Positions 19,184 to 23,307 of a stretch of 23,307 bases of DNA are shown in pieces. A program made the translations under genes and the position numbers. Under the pieces are notes generated by a model that saw only the letters and a list, made by a program, of their open reading frames with translations, did not search any database and was not told the origin of the DNA. The stretch is from Elusimicrobiota bacterium (lineage in GTDB: Bacteria; Elusimicrobiota; Elusimicrobia; Elusimicrobiales; UBA9959). The DNA lies in the NCBI GenBank assembly GCA_037137395.1, contig JBAXKK010000037.1:1-23307 (forward strand), written 5' to 3'. Position 1 is the stretch's first letter, and the number at the start of each line of letters is the position of its first letter.

Positions 19184-19930
19184 CTATTTACTTTCTGATA
19201 TTTGCCGGTATTTCAGGTAGGCTAAAACTTCATTGAACATGTCTATCACGGCGGCGGCAAACCCCTCCGGGCCGTCCAAAAAACCCAACTTCAAAAAATA
19301 ACTGACCGCAAATTTTCTGAAGGCGCGCCAAGGTCCCAGCGCGGCCGGGCGGTCGGCCTTTATAAATTTCTCAGCCTTAAGCGAAGCGTAGAAATCAAGT
19401 TTCTTAACCACATCGTCATAATCCCTGTAGGGGAAATGGGCAAAGGGGTTCGTCAGCGAAGCTTCTTTACCAAGGACCGTAAGTCTTTCATGCACGTCCC
19501 GGCAAGGGAACGACGCCGTACCCTTCCTGAAAAGACGCAGCTGGAAATCCGGATATTTCCCCCCGTGCCGCAGCCAGCGCCCGAAATAATGATTTTTTCT
19601 GGGAATAGAGTAAGCGTCAGCCGAATGGCCTTTCGCCAGAAGATCCTTTATCTCTTCCCGAAGTTCCATGGGAATAGTCTCGTCGGGATCGATGTAAATG
19701 ATCCATTCGCCGGAACATTGATCTATCGCGAATTGTTTATTGATATTTAAATTTGACGCGTTGGGTCTTGAAAATATCTTAACAGGATACCGCGCGGCTA
19801 TCTCGGCGGTTTTATCCGTGCTTTCGCAATCCACCAGGATTATCTCGCTGACCCAGCTCAGACTTTCAAGACAGGCCCCGATGTTCTTCTCTTCATTATG
19901 CGCGATGATGGAAGCTGAAATGCTCGTCAT
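19184..19930 (-). CDS. Glycosyltransferase family 2 (WaaE/KdtX-like LPS core glucosyltransferase)
   Basis: IIAHNEE, VDCESTDKT, IDPDE, RLFR, VHE and GFLDG motifs. True start is probably ATG 19930 (MTSISA); the longer ORF-track extension reads through a repeat element. Confidence 0.88.
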   Translation of the reverse strand: MTSISASIIAHNEEKNIGACLESLSWVSEIILVDCESTDKTAEIAARYPVKIFSRPNASNLNINKQFAIDQCSGEWIIYIDPDETIPMELREEIKDLLAKGHSADAYSIPRKNHYFGRWLRHGGKYPDFQLRLFRKGTASFPCRDVHERLTVLGKEASLTNPFAHFPYRDYDDVVKKLDFYASLKAEKFIKADRPAALGPWRAFRKFAVSYFLKLGFLDGPEGFAAAVIDMFNEVLAYLKYRQISESK

Positions 19931-19974
19931 AACATATATTTTAGCAATAAAACGCCAAAGGCGATAGCGGCCAC

Positions 19975-20227
19975 TCAAAAGCTCAAGTAAGTCGGAGGTC
20001 TCGTCGAGACATTTTTCATCGTTCTGTGGAGCCTTTAATGCCTCCCCCGGCGGCCTGCCCCACCGTGAAACTGAGGGGGCTTGTCCTCTGTAGCCGGGTG
20101 AAGGAGGAAAGCCGCTGCCAGTTCCATTTGGTTTGTCTCCCCGGCGAAAGCCGGGGTCCATTGTAGGCCATATTCATGGATTCCGGCTTTCGCCGGAAAG
20201 ACGACCTGGTCTTATGCGAGCTTTTGA
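19975..20227. mobile_element. MITE-like element copy B (longer) with internal REP-type hairpin pair
   Basis: Terminal inverted repeat TCAAAAGCTC / GAGCTTTTGA. Palindromes GTCTCCCCGGCGAAAGCCGGGGTCCA (20135-20160) and TGGATTCCGGCTTTCGCCGGAAAGAC (20177-20202). Homologous to 7024-7199. Confidence 0.7.
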
Positions 20228-20365
20228 TAGCGGCCAATACCCCTAAATTGCCTTACATCTAAACCGCTTTACTTCCACGCTAGGCCTTTAGGCCTATCCC
20301 CATATAGGCCTTTGGGCCCTTAATTCCGCATGCCTTTCTATTATAATAGCTTCAAGGAGAATAAC

Positions 20366-21490
20366 ATGAAACTGCTTAAACTCTCTCTGCTGACAATTTT
20401 CCTGACCCTTAATTCCGGCGCAGCCCGCTGCGAAGAAAACACGGTGCTTTTCAAGGACGCCGCTTTCCCTATCATCATAAATGTTTCAGCTGACACGGCC
20501 ATAGGGGCGGTGGTATACGAAACGCAGTTCAGTGAGGCGCCTGCCAAAGATTACGACACCGTGCTTATAAACGGAGAAATGCCCGACCCGCGCATGCGGC
20601 TTCAGATCAGGGTAAAGAACGGGGCGGTGGTAAAAATTTTTGACAGGTCCGTAATGCACCGGTTCCCCAACGGCCGCTTCTGGGCCAAATACAGTATCGG
20701 CCCTGTTACCCGCGAGCCCCTCAAGGTCACCCTCATAAATGATGGCGCGACATCAGCCCACACCTTTACTATCTACGGCGTGGAAGCTTTCCGCGCAACC
20801 ACAATGAGGGAAAATCCGGAAGGCGGGACAGTGGAGGATTATAAACCCGACCCCGGGTTTTACCTGCCAAGAGAAGTGCCTTTTACTATTTTCAGACGCG
20901 AGATATGGAAAGCCGCGCCTCCTAAAGCGGCATATGCGCCGCACACCCCAAAAATGTTCACGCTTCATCATACCCAGGGGAATTCTCCTAAAAATTTCGA
21001 AGAGGCCGCGCAGGAAATGCAGTTTATACAGGACTATCACCAGAACGGCCGCGGCTGGATAGACATCGCCTACCATTTCCTCATTTCGCCGCAGGGTGAC
21101 ATTTTTGAAGGCCGGCCTATAAACGTTGTCGGAGCGCATACTCTGAACTGGAACACGGCGAATGTGGGCGTCTCCATTATGGGAAACTACCACCCACCGG
21201 TCAATCAGATCCCGACCAAAGAAACCCTTAATTCCTTTGTCGAGATGGGCAAATACCTTAAATCCACTTATAGCATCAATGTAAGCAGCTTTTACGCCCA
21301 CAGGGATATCGGATCAACCGATTGTCCCGGGAACATTCTCTACGCCCGTGTACCCGAACTTCGGGACCTTATCTTCAAAGCGGAAACTCCGGTCCCGGTT
21401 CCCCCAACTCCCATAACGCCCCCTTCCCCCCCGGCCACCCCTGCCGATTCGCCCTCTTTAAGCCAACTTTTAGAATACACGGATAAATAA
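20366..21490 (+). CDS. Secreted PGRP-like N-acetylmuramoyl-L-alanine amidase (Amidase_2) with an unknown N-terminal domain and Pro-rich tail
   Basis: LHHT, GWIDIAYHF, GAHT, AHRD and TDCPG zinc-amidase motifs; signal peptide. AAGGAG SD before ATG 20366 and TATAAT at 20342. Confidence 0.88.
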   Translation: MKLLKLSLLTIFLTLNSGAARCEENTVLFKDAAFPIIINVSADTAIGAVVYETQFSEAPAKDYDTVLINGEMPDPRMRLQIRVKNGAVVKIFDRSVMHRFPNGRFWAKYSIGPVTREPLKVTLINDGATSAHTFTIYGVEAFRATTMRENPEGGTVEDYKPDPGFYLPREVPFTIFRREIWKAAPPKAAYAPHTPKMFTLHHTQGNSPKNFEEAAQEMQFIQDYHQNGRGWIDIAYHFLISPQGDIFEGRPINVVGAHTLNWNTANVGVSIMGNYHPPVNQIPTKETLNSFVEMGKYLKSTYSINVSSFYAHRDIGSTDCPGNILYARVPELRDLIFKAETPVPVPPTPITPPSPPATPADSPSLSQLLEYTDK

Positions 21491-21491
21491 A

Positions 21492-21524
21492 AAACACCAC
21501 GCAGGTTAAAACTGCGTGGTGTTT
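21492..21524. terminator. Bidirectional intrinsic terminator between the amidase and lysA
   Basis: 13-bp stem AAACACCACGCAG / CTGCGTGGTGTTT flanked by A and T tracts. Confidence 0.8.
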
Positions 21525-21550
21525 ATATTTTTTATATCTAAAAGTAGTTC

Positions 21551-22777
21551 CTAATCCTCCAAGCCCCTTTCCCGCTTTATCAGATCCTGATAGGTCTCCC
21601 GCTCTCTTACAAGGCGCCAGGTCTTTTCCCCCGTGATCAAAACCTCAGCGGCGCGCGGCCGTGAATTGTACTGTGAACTCATGGAGAACCCGTAGGCCCC
21701 GGCTGAAAGTATCATTAGAATATCGCCACGGGAAGGCGTTGTCAGCGTAACCCCTTGCGCCAAAAAATCTCCGCTTTCACATACCGGCCCGGTTATATCA
21801 AACCTTACGGCTTTACCCGGCCTCTTCACAAGAGGGCGCACCGGGTGTCTGGCGCCGTAGAAAGCCGGGCGGATAAGATCGTTCATGGCTCCGTCGGTTA
21901 TCACATAATTGCGGGGCCCGCTTTTTTTTCTGTAAAGAGTTTTTACGGCCAGCGCGCCCGCCGACGCCACAAGCGAACGCCCTGGTTCAAGTATTAGCTT
22001 CAAACCCAGCTTTTTAACTACCGGACCGGCGATTTTGGCCAGAACGCCCGGCGCAAGCATTTCAAAACCTTCTTTAACACCCCAGCCTCCGCCCATATCA
22101 AGATACTTAAGCTTTACGCCTTCCCTCTCAAGCTGATGGATGAATTTAGCGGAAGCCGCCAGAGCTTTAGCGTAAGGCTCCGGTGAATCTATCTGCGAAC
22201 CGAGGTGAAAATGGAGAGCGACAGCATCCAGATGGCACGATTTTTTTATAAAAGAGTAGAGCTGGCCGGCTTCTTTAAAAGCGACGCCGAACTTGCTGCC
22301 GAGCTTTCCGGTAGTGATAAATTTGTGGGTGTGGGGATCTATGTCGGGATTTATTCTGACGGAAACCGGCGCTTTTATTTTAAGTCTGGCGGCTACGCGT
22401 TCAAGGGTTTCAAGCTCTTCAAATGATTCCACATTTATGAATAATATTCCGGAACGGAGAGCGTAAGATATTTCATCCTCGGTCTTACCTACTCCTGAGA
22501 ATATTATCTTGCGCGGGTTAAAGCCGGCTTTGAGCGCCCTGTAAAGCTCCCCCCCGCTGACTACATCCGCGCCGGCCCCGTTCCGGGCCAGCAGCCCGGC
22601 CACCGCGCCATTGGAGTTAGCCTTCATCGCGTAACAAAACAAGGGAGCCAGATTGGAAAAAGCCTTTTTATAGGCGTCCAGATTCGCGATTATTTTTTCC
22701 CGGGAGTAAATGTACACCGGAGTCCCGGTCTGCTTAACTATGCGCTCTATCAGCGCGGCAGAAAAAGTTTCTTTCAT
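21551..22777 (-). CDS. lysA: Diaminopimelate decarboxylase
   Basis: YAMKAN (PLP lysine), VSGGEL, SKFG, HFHLGSQ, EPGR, GPVCESGD and GAYGFSMSSQYNSRPR motifs. Confidence 0.96.
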   Translation of the reverse strand: MKETFSAALIERIVKQTGTPVYIYSREKIIANLDAYKKAFSNLAPLFCYAMKANSNGAVAGLLARNGAGADVVSGGELYRALKAGFNPRKIIFSGVGKTEDEISYALRSGILFINVESFEELETLERVAARLKIKAPVSVRINPDIDPHTHKFITTGKLGSKFGVAFKEAGQLYSFIKKSCHLDAVALHFHLGSQIDSPEPYAKALAASAKFIHQLEREGVKLKYLDMGGGWGVKEGFEMLAPGVLAKIAGPVVKKLGLKLILEPGRSLVASAGALAVKTLYRKKSGPRNYVITDGAMNDLIRPAFYGARHPVRPLVKRPGKAVRFDITGPVCESGDFLAQGVTLTTPSRGDILMILSAGAYGFSMSSQYNSRPRAAEVLITGEKTWRLVRERETYQDLIKRERGLED

Positions 22778-22865
22778 AATTTTAAAGCCGCCGGGCCATG
22801 AAGCCCAGGCGGCTTTATGCCATCCTTTAAATTACTATGCTTTCAGTTTTCATAGAGATGAAAAT

Positions 22866-23067
22866 TGGAGCGGGTGACGGGGGATCTGGGTTAGCGAAAC
22901 CCTCCGGAATGGAGTCCGCCGAAGGCGGACGACAGTTCTTCGCCTGAGGCTTGCGTAGCGACGAAGGCGGGTGGAGCCCTGCGACACTGGGCTCGCACGG
23001 GAGTAGCGGCCACGGTGTGGCCGACTACGGTTTCGCGTTCCAGGCCCCCGGCAGGCCCCGCAAACCC
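22866..23067 (-). repeat. Structured repeat element copy 2 (two extra hairpins), ending in a tRNA-Gly-like 3' end
   Basis: Reverse complement aligns with 15262-15406 and ends in GATCCCCCGTCACCCGCTCCA. Confidence 0.8.
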
Positions 23068-23071
23068 CATC

Positions 23072-23307
23072 ATTCCCCCCCAACTACATCAAAGAGCTTC
23101 TAAAAAAAACTGCGCGGGGGGGGACCTGTTTGAACTGTTGAATTGTGTCCGTCCGCCTTGGGGCGGACTACCACCCGAACCCGGGTGTTCGATTCCCCCC
23201 CAACTGCATCAAAGAGCTTCTAAAAAAAACTGCGCGGGGGGGGACCTGTTCAAACTGTTGAATTGTGTCCGTCCGCCTTGGGGCGGACTACCACCCGAAC
23301 CCGGGTG
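23072..23307. repeat. 120-bp tandem repeat, at least 2 units, truncated by the window end
   Basis: 23072-23187 and 23192-23307 are identical except at three positions (CTAC/CTGC; TTTGAAC/TTCAAAC). Each unit contains the hairpin GTCCGCC-ttgg-GGCGGAC. Confidence 0.92.

Noticed and set aside
19931..20161. 77-aa N-terminal extension of the GT2
   Set aside because: It derives from the MITE-like element. The GT2 fold starts at MTSISA, and a -10 box sits just upstream of that ATG.
22783..22860. Lysine riboswitch upstream of lysA
   Set aside because: Only a simple hairpin (22783-22817) is present, with no lysine-riboswitch consensus that I can recognise. The upstream structured element also occurs at an unrelated locus.
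22850..23083. ORFs 22850..23083 and 22891..23073
   Set aside because: Translations of the GC-rich repeat. Their similarity to ORF 15222..15554 reflects the DNA repeat, whose changes preserve base pairing rather than codons.
23072..23307. CRISPR array
   Set aside because: Units are 120 bp and nearly identical over their whole length, with no unique spacers and no cas genes.

Overview
A 23.3-kb bacterial chromosomal window of mostly core and metabolic genes from a diderm, probably anaerobic organism. In order it carries: a group 3b (sulfhydrogenase-type) [NiFe]-hydrogenase operon (beta-gamma-delta-alpha, alpha truncated at the left edge); sixA, a SpoIID/LytB protein and uppP; an orphan sensor kinase; an AI-2E transporter; a stand-alone Fe-S PD-(D/E)XK nuclease; rsmD; a REC-metallo-beta-lactamase-fold fusion; DUF3467; a cold-shock protein; glgP; tRNA-Ala(GGC); an LPS cluster (two GT4, an O-antigen ligase-like protein, a GT2); a PGRP-like amidase; and lysA. 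No transposase, integrase or CRISPR-Cas locus is visible. The unusual content is non-coding. (1) Two inverted copies of a 145-202 bp structured element show several compensatory base changes and end in a tRNA-Gly-like 3' end. (2) A related 120-bp tandem repeat runs off the right edge. (3) Two copies of a MITE-like element with CAAAAGCTC termini carry a REP-type hairpin pair. (4) Short periodic repeats form inverted pairs around the nuclease and GT2 genes. (5) Several genes look leaderless. All calls were made by eye from motifs; no database search or folding program was run.
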